Shown: in pieces, positions 15,001-29,200 of the stretch
Layout: every line of letters begins with the position of its first letter
Numbering within the stretch: position 1 is the first letter of the stretch
Assembly (NCBI GenBank): GCA_040954595.2
Contig: CM082596.2
Coordinates: forward strand, 10,966,454-11,030,453
Reading direction: 5' to 3'
Length of the DNA stretch: 64,000 nt
Source: Balanoglossus misakiensis
Taxonomy: Eukaryota; Animalia; Hemichordata
Notes under the pieces: model-generated
Database searches by the model: none
What the model saw: only the letters and a program-made list of their open reading frames with translations
Told to the model about the DNA's origin: nothing
Position numbers and translations under genes: made by a program

Positions 15001-18000
15001 AAAACAAATATGGAAAGAGTTATGCTGGAATGTTGTAAGGGATAGATTAATATTGCAAATAATTTAATTTCTTACATCATAAAATGAATTCAAACAATGG
15101 TCACATAACAGGATATGTTTTACTAAAAAGACTTATGTTATAGTTTCAAGGCTTTGATTTGGAATAACGAATTCTCTACAAGATTTAAGTGTAACAGTCA
15201 CAGAATGAAAACAAATATGGAAAGAGTAATGCCAGAATGTTGTAAGGAATAGATTAATATTGCAAATAATTTAATTTCTTACATCATAAAATGAATTCAA
15301 ACAAACGTCACGTAATAGGATATGTATAGTTTCAAGGCTTTGTTTTGAAATAACGAATACTCTACAAGATTTAAGTAGAACAGTCACAGAATGAAAACAA
15401 ATATGGAAAGAGTTATGCTGGAATGTTGTAAGGGATAGATTAATATTGCAAAAAATTTAATTTCTTACACCATAAATGGAATTCAAAGAAAGGTCACGTA
15501 AAAGGATATGTATAGTTTCAAGCCTTTGTTTTGGAATAACGAATTCTCTACAAGATTTAAGTTGAACAGTCACTTAATGAAAACAAATATGGAAAGAGTT
15601 ATGTCGGAATGTTGTAAGGGATAGATTAATATTGCAAATAATTTAATTTCTTACAGCATAAATGGAATTCAAAGAATGGTCACATAACGGGCCATGTTTT
15701 ACTAAAAAGACTTATGTATAGTTTCAAGGCTTTGTTTTGGAATAACGAATTCTCTACAAGATTTAAGTGGAACAGTTACAGAATGAAAACAAATATGGAA
15801 AGAGTTATGCCGGAATGTTGTAAGGAATAGGTTAACATTGCAAATAATTTAATTTCTTACATCATAAATGGAATTCAAAGAAAGGTCACGTAACAGGATA
15901 TGTATAGTTTAAAGCCTTTGTTTTGGAGTAACGAATTCTCTACAAGATTTAAGTGGAACAGTCACAGAATGAAAACAAATATGGAAAGAGTTATGCTGAA
16001 ATGTTGTAAGGGATAGATTAATATTGCATAAAATTTAATTTCTTACATCATAAATGCAATTCAAAGAATGGTCAAATAACGGGCCATGTTGTACTAAAAA
16101 GACTTAATATGTATAGTTTGAAGGCTTTGTTTTGGAATAACGAATTCTCTACAAGATTTAAGTGGAACAGTCACAGAATGAAAACAAATATGGAAAGAGT
16201 TATGCTGGAATGTTGTAAGGGATAGATTAATATTGCAAATAATTAAATTTCTTACATCATAAAATGAATTCAAAGAATGGTCACATAACAGGATATGTTT
16301 TACTAAAAAGACTTATGTTATAGTTTCAAGGCTTTGTTTTGGAATAACGAATTCTCTACAAGATTTAAGTGAAACAGTCACAGAATGAAAACAAATATGG
16401 AATGTTGTAAGGAATAGATTAAAATTGCAAATAATTTAATTTCTTACATCATAAATGGAATTCAAAGAAACGTCACGTAACAGGATATGTATAGTTTCAA
16501 GGCTTTGTTTTGGAATAACGAATTCTCTACAAGATTTAAGTGGAACAGTCACAGAATGAAAACAAATATGGAAAGTGTTATGCTGGAATGTTGTAAGGGA
16601 TAGATTAATATTGCAAAAAATGTAATTTCTTACATCATAAATGGAATTCAAAGAATGGTCACATAACTGGATATGTTTTACTAAAAAGACTTATGTATAG
16701 GTTCAAGAATTTGTGTTGAAATACCAAATTCTCTACAAGATTTAAGTGGAACAGTCACAGAATGAAAACAAATATGGAAAGAGTTATGTCGGAATGTTGT
16801 AAGGGATAGATTAATATTGCAAATAATTTAATTTCTTACATCATAAATGGAATTCAAAGAATGGTCGCATAACGAGCCATGTTTTACTAAAAAGACTTAT
16901 GTATAGTTTCAAGGCTTTGTTTGGAATAACGAATTCTCTCCAAGATTTAAGTTGAACAGTTACAGAATGAAAACAAATATGGAAAGAGTTATGCTGGAAT
17001 GTTGTAAGGGATAGTTTAATATTGCAAATAATTTAATTTCTTACATCATAAATGCAATTCAAAGAATGGTCAAATAACGGGCCATGTTTTACTAAAAAGA
17101 CTTAATATGTATAGTTGAAGGCTTTGTTTTGGAATAACGAATTCTCTACAAGATTTAAGTGGAACAGTCACAGAATGAAAACAAATATGGAAAGCGTTAT
17201 GCCGGAATGTTGTAAGGGATAGATAATTATTGCAAATAATTTAATTTCTTACATCATAAATGGAATTCAAAGAATGGTCACATAACGGGCCATGTTTTAC
17301 AAAAAGACTTATGTATAGTTTCAAGGCTTTGTTTTGGAATAACGAATTCTCTACAAGATTTAAGTGGAACAGTCACAGAATGAAAACAAATATGGAAAGA
17401 GTTATGCCGGAATGTTGTAAGGAATAGATTAAAATTGCAAATAATTTAATTTCTTACATCATAAATGGAATTCGAAGAAAGGTCACGTAACAGGATATGT
17501 ATAGTTTCAAGCCTTTGTTTTGGAGTAACGAATTCTCTACAAGATTTAAGTGGAACAGTCACAGAATGAAAACAAATATGGAAAGAGTTATGCTGAAATG
17601 TTGTAAGGGATAGATTAATATTGCAAATAATTTAATTTCTTACATCATAAATGGAATTCAAAGAATGGTCACATAACGGGCCATGTTTTACTAAAAAGAC
17701 TTATGTATAGTTTCAAGGCTTTGTTTGGAATAACGAATTCTCTCCAAGATTTAAGTTGAACAGTTACGGAATGAAAACAAATATTCAAATAGTTATGCTG
17801 GAATGTTTTAAGGGATAGTTTAATATTGCAAATAATTTAATTTCTTACATCATAAATGAAATTCAAAGAATGGTCACATAACGGGCCATGTTTTACTAAA
17901 AAGACTTATGTATAGTTTCAAGGTTTTGTTTTGGAATAACGAATTCTCTACAAGATTTAAGTGGAATAGTCACAGAATGAAAACAAATATGGAAAGAGTT

Positions 18001-21000
18001 ATGCTGGAATGTTGTAAGGGATTGATTAATATTGCAAATAATTTAATTTCTTACATCATAAAATGAATTCAAAGTATGGTCACATAACAGGATATATTTT
18101 AATAAAAAGACTTATGTTATAGTTTCAAGGCTTTGTTTTGGAATAACGAATTCTCTACAAGATTTAAGTGGAACAGTCACAGAATGAAAACAAATATGGA
18201 AAGAGTTATGCCGGAATGTTGTAAGGAATAGATTAATATTGCAAATAATTTAATTTCTTACATCATAAATGGAATTCAAAGAAAGGTCACGTAACAGGAT
18301 ATGTATAGTTTCAAGCCTTTGTTTTGGAGTAACGAATTCTCTACAAGATTTAAGTGGAACAGTCACAGAATGAAAACAAATATGGAAAGAGATATGTCTG
18401 AATGTTGTAAGGGATAGATTAATATTGCAAATAATTTAATTTCTTACATCATAAATGGAATTCAAAGAATGGTCACATAACGGGCCATGTTTTACTAAAA
18501 AGACTTATGTATAGTTTCAAGGCTTTGTTTTGGAATAATGAATTCTCTCCAAGATTTAAGTTGAACAGTTACAGAATGAAAACAAATATTCAAATAGTTA
18601 TGCTGAAATGTTGTAAGGGATAGTTTAATATTGCAAATAATTTAATTTCTTACATCATAAATGAAATTCAAAGAATGGTCAAATAACGGGCCATGTTTTA
18701 CTAAAAAGACTTAATATGTATAGTTTGAAGGCTTTGTTTTGGAATAAAGAATTCTCTCCAAGATTTAAGTTGAACAGTTACAGAATGAAAACAAATATTC
18801 AAATAGTTATGCTGAAATGTTGTAAGGGATAGTTTAATATTGCAAATAATTTAATTTCTTACATCATAAATGAAATTCAAAGAATGGTCAAATAACGGGC
18901 CATGTTTTACTAAAAAGACTTAATATGTATAGTTTGAAGGCTTTGTTTTGGAATAAAGAATTCTCTACAAGATTTAAGTGGAACAGTCACAAAATGAAAA
19001 CAAATATGGAAAGCGTTATGCTGGAATGTTGTAAGGGATAGATTAATATTGCAAATAATTTAATTTCTTACATCATAAAATGAATTCAAAGAATGGTCAC
19101 ATAACAGGATATGTTTTACTAAAAAGACTTATGTTATAGTTTCAAGGCTTTGTTTTGGGATAACGAATTCTCTACAAGATTTAAGTGGAACAGTCACAGA
19201 ATGAAAACAAATATGGAAAGAGTTATGCCGGAATGTTGTAAGGAATAGATTAAAGTTGCAAATAATTTAATTTCTTACATCATAAATGGAATTCGAAGAA
19301 AGGTCACGTAACAGGATATGTATAGCTTCAAGCCTTTGTTTTGGAGTAACGAATTCTCTACAAGATTTAAGTGGAACAGTCACAGAATGAAAACAAATAT
19401 GGAAAGAGTTATGCTGAAATGTTGTAAGGGATAGATTAATATTGCATAAAATTTATTTTCTTACATCATAAATGGAATTCAAAGAATGGTCACATAACTG
19501 GATATGTTTTACTAAAAAGACTTATGTATAGTTTCAAGAATTTGTGTTGAAATACCAAATTCTCTACAAGATTTAAGTGGAACAGTCACAGAATGAAAAC
19601 AAATATGGAAAGAGTTATGCTGAAATGTTGTAAGGGATAGATTAATATTGCATAAAATTTAATTTCTTACATCATAAATGGAATTCAAAGAATGGTCACA
19701 TAACGGGCCATGTTTTACTAAAAAGACTTATGTATAGTTTCAAGGTTTTGTTTTGGAATAACGAATTCTCTACAAGATTTAAGTGGAATAGTCACAGAAT
19801 GAAAACAAATATGGAAAGAGTTATGCTGGAATGTTGTAAGGGATAGATTAATATTGCAAATAATTTAATTTCTTACATCATAAAATGAATTCAAAGAATG
19901 GTCACATAACAGGATATGTTTTACTAAAAAGACTTATTTAATAGTTTCAAGGCTTTGTTTTGGAATAACGAATTCTCTACAAGATTTAAGTGGAACAGTC
20001 ACAGAAAGAAAACAAATATGGAAAGAGTTATGCCAGAATGTTGTAAGGAATAGATTAATATTGCAAATAATTTGATTTCTTACATCATAAATGGAATTCA
20101 AAGAAAGGTCACGTAACAGGATATGTATAGTTTCAAGCCTTTGTTTTGGAGTAACGAATTCTCTACAAGATTTAAGTGGAAAAGTCACAGAATGAAAACA
20201 AATATGGAAAGAGTTATGCTGAAATGTTGTAAGGGATAGATTAATATTGCATAAAATTTAATTTCTTACATCATAAATGGAATTCAAAGAATGGTCACGT
20301 AACTGGATATGTTTTACTAAAAAGACTTATGTATAAGTTCAAGAATTTGTGTTGAAATACCAAATTCTCTACAAGATTTAAGTGGAACAGTCACAGAATG
20401 AAAACAAATATGGAAAGAGATATGTCGGATTGTTGTAAGGGATAGATTAATATTGCAAATAATTTAATTTCTTACATCATAAATGAAATTCAAAGAATGG
20501 TCAAATAACGGGCCATGTTTTACTAAAAAGACTTAATATGTATAGTTTGAAGGCTTTGTTTTGGAATAACGAATTCTCTACAAGATTTAAGTGGAACGGG
20601 CACAGAATGAAAACAAATATGGAAAGCGTTATGCCGGAATGTTGTAAGGGATAGATAATTATTGCAAATAATTTAATTTCTTACATCATAAATGGAAACC
20701 AAAGAATGGTCACATAACGGGTCATGTTTTACAAAAAGACTTATGTATAGTTTCAAGGCTTTGTTTTGGAATAACGAATTCTCTACAAGATTTAAGTGGA
20801 ATAGTCACAGAATGAAAACAAATATGGAAAGAGTTATGCTGGAATGTTGTAAGGGATAGATTAATATTGCAAATAATTTAATTTCTTACATCATAAAATG
20901 AATTCAAAGAATGGTCACATAACAGGATATGTTTTACGAAAAAGACTTATGTTATAGTTTCAAGGCTTTGTTTTGGAATAACGAATTCTCTACAAGATTT

Positions 21001-24000
21001 ATGTGGAACAGTCACAGAATGAAAACAAATATTCAAATAGTTATGCTGGAATGTTGTAAGGGATAGATTAATATTGCAAATAATTTAATTTCTTACATCA
21101 TAAATGGAATTCAAAGAAAGGTCACGTAACAGGATATGTATAATTTCAAGCCTTTGTTTTGGAGTAACGAATTCTCTACAAGATTTATGTGGAACAGTCA
21201 CAGAATGAAAACAAATATTCAAATAGTTATGCTGGAATGTTGTAAGGGATAGATTAATATTGCAAATAATTTAATTTCTTACATCATAAATGGTATTCAA
21301 AGAATGGTCAAATAACGGGCCATGTTTTACTAAAAAGACTTATGTATAGTTTCAAGGCTTTGTTTTGGAATAACGAATTATCTACAAGATTTAAGTGGAA
21401 CTGTCACAGAATGAAAACAAATATGGAAAGCGTTATGCCGGAATGTTGTAAGGGATAGATAATTATTGCAATTAATTTAATTTCTTACATCATAAATGGA
21501 ATTCAAAGAATGGTCACATAACGGGCCATGTTTTACAAAAAGACTTATGTATAGTTTGAAGGCTTTGTTTTGGAATGACGAATTCTCTACAAGATTCAAG
21601 TGGAACAGTCACAGAATGAAAACAAATATGGAAAGAGTTATGCTGAAATGTTGTAAGGGATAGATAAATATTGCATAAAATTTAATTTCTTACATCATAA
21701 ATGGAATTCAAAGAATGGTCACATAACTGGATATGTTTTACTAAAAAGACTTATGTATAGGTTCAAGAATTTGTGTTGAATTACCAAATTCTCTACAAGA
21801 TTTAAGTGGAACAGTCACAGAATGAAAACAAATATAGAAAGAGTTATGCCGGAATGTTGTAAGGGATAGTTTAATATTGCAAATAATTTAATTTCTTACA
21901 TCATAAATGAAATTCAAAGAATGGTCAAATCACGGGCCATGTTTTACTAAAAAGATTTATATATAGTTTCAAGGCTTTGTTTTGGAATAACGAATTCGCT
22001 ACAAGATTTAAGTGGAACAGTCACAGAATGAAAACAAATATGGAAAGAGTTATGCCGGAATGTTGTAAGGAATAGATTAATATTGCAAATAATTTAATTT
22101 CTTACATCATAAATCGTTTCAAGGCTTTGTTTTGGAATAACGAATTCTCTACAAGATTTAAGTGGAACAGTCACAGAATGAAAACAAATATGGAAAGAGT
22201 TATGCTGAAATGTTGTAAGGGATAGATTAATATTGCATAAAATTTAATTTCTTACATCATAAATGGAATTCAAAGAATGGTCACATAACTGGATATGTTT
22301 TACTAAAAAGACTTATGTATAGGTTCAAGAATTTGTGTTGAAATACCAAATTCTCTACAAGATTTAAGTGGAACAGTCACAGAATGAAAACTAATATGGA
22401 AAGAGTTATGTCGGAATGTTGTAAGGGATAGATTAATATTGCAAATAATTTAATTTCTTACATCATAAATGGAATTCAACGAATGGTCACATAACGGGCC
22501 ATGTTTTACTAAAAAGACTTATGTATAGTTTCAAGGCTTTGTTTTGGAATAACGAATTCTCTCCAAGATTTAAGTTGAACAGTTACAAAATGAAAACAAA
22601 TATTCAAATAGTTATGCTGGAATGTTGTAAGGGATAGTTTAATATTGCAAATAATTTAATTTCTTACATCATAAATGGTATTCAAAGAATGGTCAAATAA
22701 CGGGCCATGTTTTACTAAAAAGACTTAATATGTATAGTTTGAAGGCTTTGTTTTGGAATAACGAATTATCTACAAGATTTAAGTGGAACTGTCACAGAAT
22801 GAAAACAAATATGGAAAGCGTTATGCCGGAATGTTGTAAGGGATAGATAATTATTGCATAAAATTTAATTTCTTACATCATAAATGGAATTCAAAGAATG
22901 GTCACATAACTGGATATGTTTTACTAAAAAGACTTATGTATAGGTTCAAGAATTTGTGTTGAATTACCAAATTCTCTACAAGATTTAAGTGGAACAGTCA
23001 CAGAATGAAAACAAATATAGAAAGAGTTATGCCGGAATGTTGTAAGGGATAGTTTAATATTGCAAATAATTTAATTTCTTACATCATAAATGAAATTCAA
23101 AGAATGGTCAAATCACGGGCCATGTTTTACTAAAAAGATTTATATATAGTTTCAAGGCTTTGTTTTGGAATAACGAATTCTCTACAAGAATTAAGTGGAA
23201 CAGTCACAGAATGAAAACAAATATGGAAAGCGTTATGCCGGAATGTTGTAAGGGATAGATTAATATTGCAAATAATTTAATTTCTTACATCATAAAATGA
23301 ATTCAAAGAATGGTCACATAACAGGATATGTTTTACTAAAAAGACTTATGTTATAGTTTCAAGGCTTTGTTTTGGAATAACGAATTCTCTACAAGATTTA
23401 AGTGGAACAGTCACAGAATGAAAACAAATATGGAAAGAGTTATGCCGGAATGTTGTAAGGAATAGATTAATATTGCAAATAATTTAATTTCTTACATCAT
23501 AAATCGTTTCAAGGCTTTGTTTTGGAATAACGAATTCTCTACAAGATTTAAGTGGAACAGTCACAGAATGAAAACTAATATTCAAATAGTTATGTCGGAA
23601 TGTTGTAAGGGATAGATTAATATTGCAAATAATTTAATTTCTTACATCATAAATGGAATTCAACGAATGGTCACATAACGGGCCATGTTTTACTAAAAAG
23701 ACTTATGTATAGTTTCAAGGCTTTGTTTTGGAATAACGAATTCTCTCCAAGATTTAAGTTGAACAGTTACAAAATGAAAACAAATATTCAAATAGTTATG
23801 CTGGAATGTTGTAAGGGATAGTTTAATATTGCAAATAATTTAATTTCTTACATCATAAATGGTATTCAAAGAATGGTCACATAACGGGCCATGTTTTACA
23901 AAAAGACTTATGTATAGTTTGAAGGCTTTGTTTTGGAATGACGAATTCTCTACAAGATTTAAGTGGAACAGTCACAGAATGAAAACAAATATGGAAAGAG

Positions 24001-26051
24001 TTATGCCGGAATGTTGTAAGGGATAGATAATTATTGCAAATAATTTAATTTCTTACATCATAAATGGAATTCAAAGAATGGTCACATAACGGGCCATGTT
24101 TTACAAAAAGACTTATGTATAGTTTGAAGGCTTTGTTTTGGAATGACGAATTCTCTACAAGATTTAAGTGGAACAGTCACAGAATGAAAACAAATATGGA
24201 AAGAGTTATGCTGAAATGTTGTAAGGGATAGATTAATATTGCATAAAATTTAATTTCTTACATCATAAATGGAATTCAAAGAATGGTCACATAACTGGAT
24301 ATGTTTTACTAAAAAGACTTATGTATAGGTTCAAGAATTTGTGTTGAATTACCAAATTCTCTACAAGATTTAAGTGGAACAGTCACAGAATGAAAACAAA
24401 TATAGAAAGAGTTATGCCGGAATGTTGTAAGGGATAGTTTAATATTGCAAATAATTTAATTTCTTACATCATAAATGAAATTCAAAGAATGGTCAAATCA
24501 CGGGCCATGTTTTACTAAAAAGATTTATATATAGTTTCAAGGCTTTGTTTTGGAATAACGAATTCTCTACAAGAATTAAGTGGAACAGTCACAGAATGAA
24601 AACAAATATGGAAAGCGTTATGCCGGAATGTTGTAAGGGATAGATTAATATTGCAAATAATTTAATTTCTTACATCATAAAATGAATTCAAAGAATGGTC
24701 ACATAACAGGATATGTTTTACTAAAAAGACTTATGTTATAGTTTCAAGGCTTTGTTTTGGAATAACGAATTCTCTACAAGATTTAAGTGGAACAGTCACA
24801 GAATGAAAACAAATATGGAAAGAGTTATGCCGGAATGTTGTAAGGAATAGATTAATATTGCAAATAATTTAATTTCTTACATCATAAATCGTTTCAAGGC
24901 TTTGTTTTGGAATAACGAATTCTCTACAAGATTTAAGTGGAACAGTCACAGAATGAAAACTAATATTCAAATAGTTATGTCGGAATGTTGTAAGGGATAG
25001 ATTAATATTGCAAATAATTTAATTTCTTACATCATAAATGGAATTCAACGAATGGTCACATAACGGGCCATGTTTTACTAAAAAGACTTATGTATAGTTT
25101 CAAGGCTTTGTTTTGGAATAACGAATTCTCTCCAAGATTTAAGTTGAACAGTTACAAAATGAAAACAAATATTCAAATAGTTATGCTGGAATGTTGTAAG
25201 GGATAGTTTAATATTGCAAATAATTTAATTTCTTACATCATAAATGGTATTCAAAGAATGGTCACATAACGGGCCATGTTTTACAAAAAGACTTATGTAT
25301 AGTTTGAAGGCTTTGTTTTGGAATGACGAATTCTCTACAAGATTTAAGTGGAACAGTCACAGAATGAAAACAAATATGGAAAGAGTTATGCTGAAATGTT
25401 GTAAGGGATAGATCAATATTGCATAAAATTTAATTTCTTACATCATAAATGGAATTCAAAGAATGGTCACATAACTGGATATGTTTTACTAAAAAGACTT
25501 ATGTATAGGTTCAAGAATTTGTGTTGAATTACCAAATTCTCTACAAGATTTAAGTGGAACAGTCACAGAATGAAAACAAATATGGAAAGAGTTATGCTGA
25601 AATGTTGTAAGGGATAGATTAATATTGCATAAAATTTAATTTCTTACATCATAAATGAAATTCAAAGAATGGTCAAATCACGGGCCATGTTTTACTAAAA
25701 AGATTTATATATAGTTTCAAGGCTTTGTTTTGGAATAACGAATTCTCTACAAGAATTAAGTGGAACAGTCACAGAATGAAAACAAATATGGAAAGCGTTA
25801 TGCCGGAATGTTGTAAGGGATAGATTAATATTGCAAATAATTTAATTTCTTACATCATAAAATGAATTCAAAGAATGGTCACATAACAGGATATGTTTTA
25901 CTAAAAAGACTTATGTTATAGTTTCAAGGCTTTGTTTTGGAATAACGAATTCTCTACAAGATTTAAGTGGAACAGTCACAGAATGAAAACAAATATGGAA
26001 AGAGTTATGCCGGAATGTTGTAAGGAATAGATTAATATTGCAAATAATTTA
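1..26051. repeat. AT-rich tandem satellite, ~206-bp monomer (186- and 150-bp variants), with higher-order repeats
   Basis: The unit GGAATGTTGTAAGGGATAGATTAATATTGCAAATAATTTAATTTCTTACATCATAAATGGAATTCAAAG...AAGATTTAAGTGGAACAGTCACAGAATGAAAACAAATATGGAAAGAGTTATG repeats continuously. Anchor spacings are 1014->1220 (206), 1220->1407 (187) and 1407->1593 (186). Most monomers carry two GAATTC sites. Confidence 0.99.
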
Positions 26052-26213
26052 GGTAACATTGTGATCAACGGCATAATGTTACCCAATTAAGCAACTCGAA
26101 AAGGGGCGCCCTCAACCTCAAACGAGCCTCAAAAATCCCATAATCCATCTCTCACGGCCACTTCAAGGGTTCGGTGCGTGTCCTGCAGTGCTCGCTCTCT
26201 CTGCCTCAATTTC
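26052..26213 (+). repeat. Split direct repeat A1 (162 bp)
   Basis: Matches 30975-31136 with 2 visible substitutions (CCATCTCTC/CCATCACTC; CGGTGCG/CGGAGCG). Confidence 0.95.
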
Positions 26214-26230
26214 AATTTCTCACCGTTATT

Positions 26231-29200
26231 ATGGAGAACGCCGAACAACAGCTGCTGGATTTGGGCATAGAGCCCAGTCCAGTCGCCAAAAAGGGACCTG
26301 CAACTCGCAGTAAGACTACGACAAGAGCATCGACCGGTCGAAAAGTTCGCGTGGTCCCCCGCACCAAACTTTCCAAAGTACCAATGGCGTCAGCTCGTTC
26401 GAAAGGCGGGAAATGTAGCAAACCTGTCAAGGAAGAAGACACTTCATCTGACGGGGAAGATGTGAGGTCAGAGAAAGAGAAGTTGCAGGCGGAGATAGCG
26501 AGACTGCAGGAGCAATCTGAAGTAGACAATTTAAGAAAACAACTAAAAGAAATGAAACTGGAGATTGAACAACGCAGCCCGCCAGCCGCTTTGAGCGGAA
26601 GTCCCAGAGGTCACGACCTGAGTCAACTCACGCTACCCGATCTCAAGAGGATGGCGAAAGAAGACTCACAATTGCAGTGGTCGTTACCATCAGGCAGTCC
26701 GTGGCTACCAGCGACAGGGGCCGCTGGCGGCGGTGAAGACCTCCAACCGAACCAACTCCTGGCACAGTCCGGTTTATACACAGCAGCGCAGAGCAAAGCA
26801 GGTAACGTACCAATGAAATCGATGCGGTTCAACACCAGAACCGATCGTGTGCGACAGCACGTCCTATGGCCGCACATGTTCGTCAGGGCTCGGACATTCT
26901 CGGGCGCCCCACCAAAATTCGATGATATGTCAATGGCGGAATTTGTGGAAGGCAATCTCGCGATAGTGCAACTTCCTACTTTGAGTGACACAGAGAAACA
27001 GCAGCGATTACAACACTTACAGTCGCTTATGAAAGACGCCAATTTGTTCCCCTGGGACGCCATTTTGAAGTTCGAGGGCGCGCTCCTCTCTGACATGGAG
27101 TCAGGACTCAGAACATGGGCAAATGACACCGCAGATCTGAGAGAGCTATATTTGCTGCCGCGTATCGGCGAGATCAGACGGGATAAAACAGCGGACAAAT
27201 CCAAAAAGAAGGATCAAATTAATGTATGTTTCAAATACCAAAGTAACAAGTGCGAGAAGGAGGATTGCGCATTCAAACACATATGTGAAGCCTGCATGAA
27301 GTTGCGTAACAACCTGGCCAAGCATCCCAAGATTGCCTGCCCCTGGAAGGATAAGGCCTTTAGAGAGCAAGAGAGCAACAAGTTGACCGATAGTTCTGGC
27401 AAAGCAGAGGTAGATAAGTCTAAACAAGACTCTCATGACTGTGACAGCAATTTAATTCCTAAATTGAACCATAGAGTCAAAAGTGCAGGCACGGAGTGTA
27501 ATATCAATGACTTTTATACATTGATGGGCATCACAGATCAGGCAGTGCACACGTGTGATCGCTCTGTACAAACTGACATGGAGATTGATATTTCAAGAAG
27601 CCTGTCAATGTGCAACCCGGAGGTTTTGCGGGATGCTATTGTTAACCCTAGTAGTATTTCTGAACCAGTGCTTTCGATTGACGAGCCAGTAACATGTACC
27701 ATTGCCAATGTTGCCTCTGAACACACAGGTTGTTTTGATACCTATGTTAGCAGGGATAATGTTGATAAAAACCTTTGTAAAACTCATACAGTTGATTTGA
27801 TAGAACCTGATATTGAGACTGATCTTGACAAGCAAATCCCTATTGAATCACTAGCCCATACCGTCGGTGATACCACTGAATTTGCATGTGAGATTAGCGC
27901 TCATGGTTCATCTGACGATATGATCAGTGATGACCACGATGTCTTTGTTAGTGATATGTTTACTGTGGAAAATGTTCCAAATATGGGGCCTCCCAACCCC
28001 ACCCTTGTTGATCACAGTGTTCCAGACACTTATCCACTGGGCAATGATATGCAGTATTCTGAGTTATCAGATACTCCCGTGGGCGGGGATGTCTGTCCCC
28101 CGTCGTCATGGCCACCAGCGTCACCCCTTGATTTAACAGAAGTTATAACCGTTCATGACATAGTTGTTGAATCAGGTTTACCAAATTCTCAATTTTGCAG
28201 AATACCCGTTTCATCTAATCTTCAAATCCCAATTTGGCGAGCCGAATTGCAGCAATATGATGACAAAATCATCTGCGATTACCTACAATATGGTTGGCCC
28301 GTCTACTATACAGCCTCAGAATTGCCATACTCTACAGTGAAAAACCACCCATCAGCTATAAATTACTCGGCGCATGTCGACAACTGGATCATTAACGAAG
28401 TCGCAGCCGGGGCTACAGCGGGTCCGTTCTTAACTAACCCCCTTGCCACACCACTCAGTACTTCCCCCATTCAGACTGTCGAAAAAAAAGATAGTGTTAA
28501 TCGGCGTATAGTCTTTGATCTTAGTTCCCCAATCCACCATTCAGTAAATGACGGTATCCCCAAAGGGGAATATCTTGGGGAGAGTTTTCAGCTTCAATAT
28601 CCTTCCATTGATGATTTCACTGCAATGATGACCCGTAAGGGCAGGGGATGCCTCCTATTTAAGCGCGATTTAAGCAGAGCTTATCGGCAAATACCAGTCG
28701 ATCCAGCGGACTACCATTTGCTGGGCTACACGTGGCGTAATTTATTGTTCTTTGACCTTACATTGCCATTTGGCTTGCGAACCGCAGCGCTAGCCTGCCA
28801 GCGCACCACTAATGCGGTTTCTTATATATATTCCACGAAAGGGTATGACTGTGTTAATTACCTTGATGACTTCGGTGGTGCAGAGACCTCCAACAAAGCC
28901 CACAAGGCATTTGCGGAGCTAGGTGACACGCTGGATAGACTGGGTTTGCAAGAAGCCAAACACAAAGCGGTGCCCCCGTCATCAATCATGACTTTTCTTG
29001 GAATCCAGTTGAACTCCCTTACAATGACTATGGAAGTTACTCCTGACCGGCTTAATGAAATAGAACAAGAGCTGGGTGTATGGGTCACTAAAACAAAAGC
29101 AACTAAGCGCGAGCTGCAATCACTCATAGGCAAGCTTTCCTTTATTGCCAAATGTGTCAAGCCTGGTAGGCTATTCCTGGCGAGAATGCTAGATGTGTTG

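Noticed and set aside
1-26051. CRISPR array or coding repeat
   Set aside because: There are no unique spacers, the whole unit repeats. Short ORFs (16436, 19934, 33411, 58874) are chance stop-free stretches of satellite.
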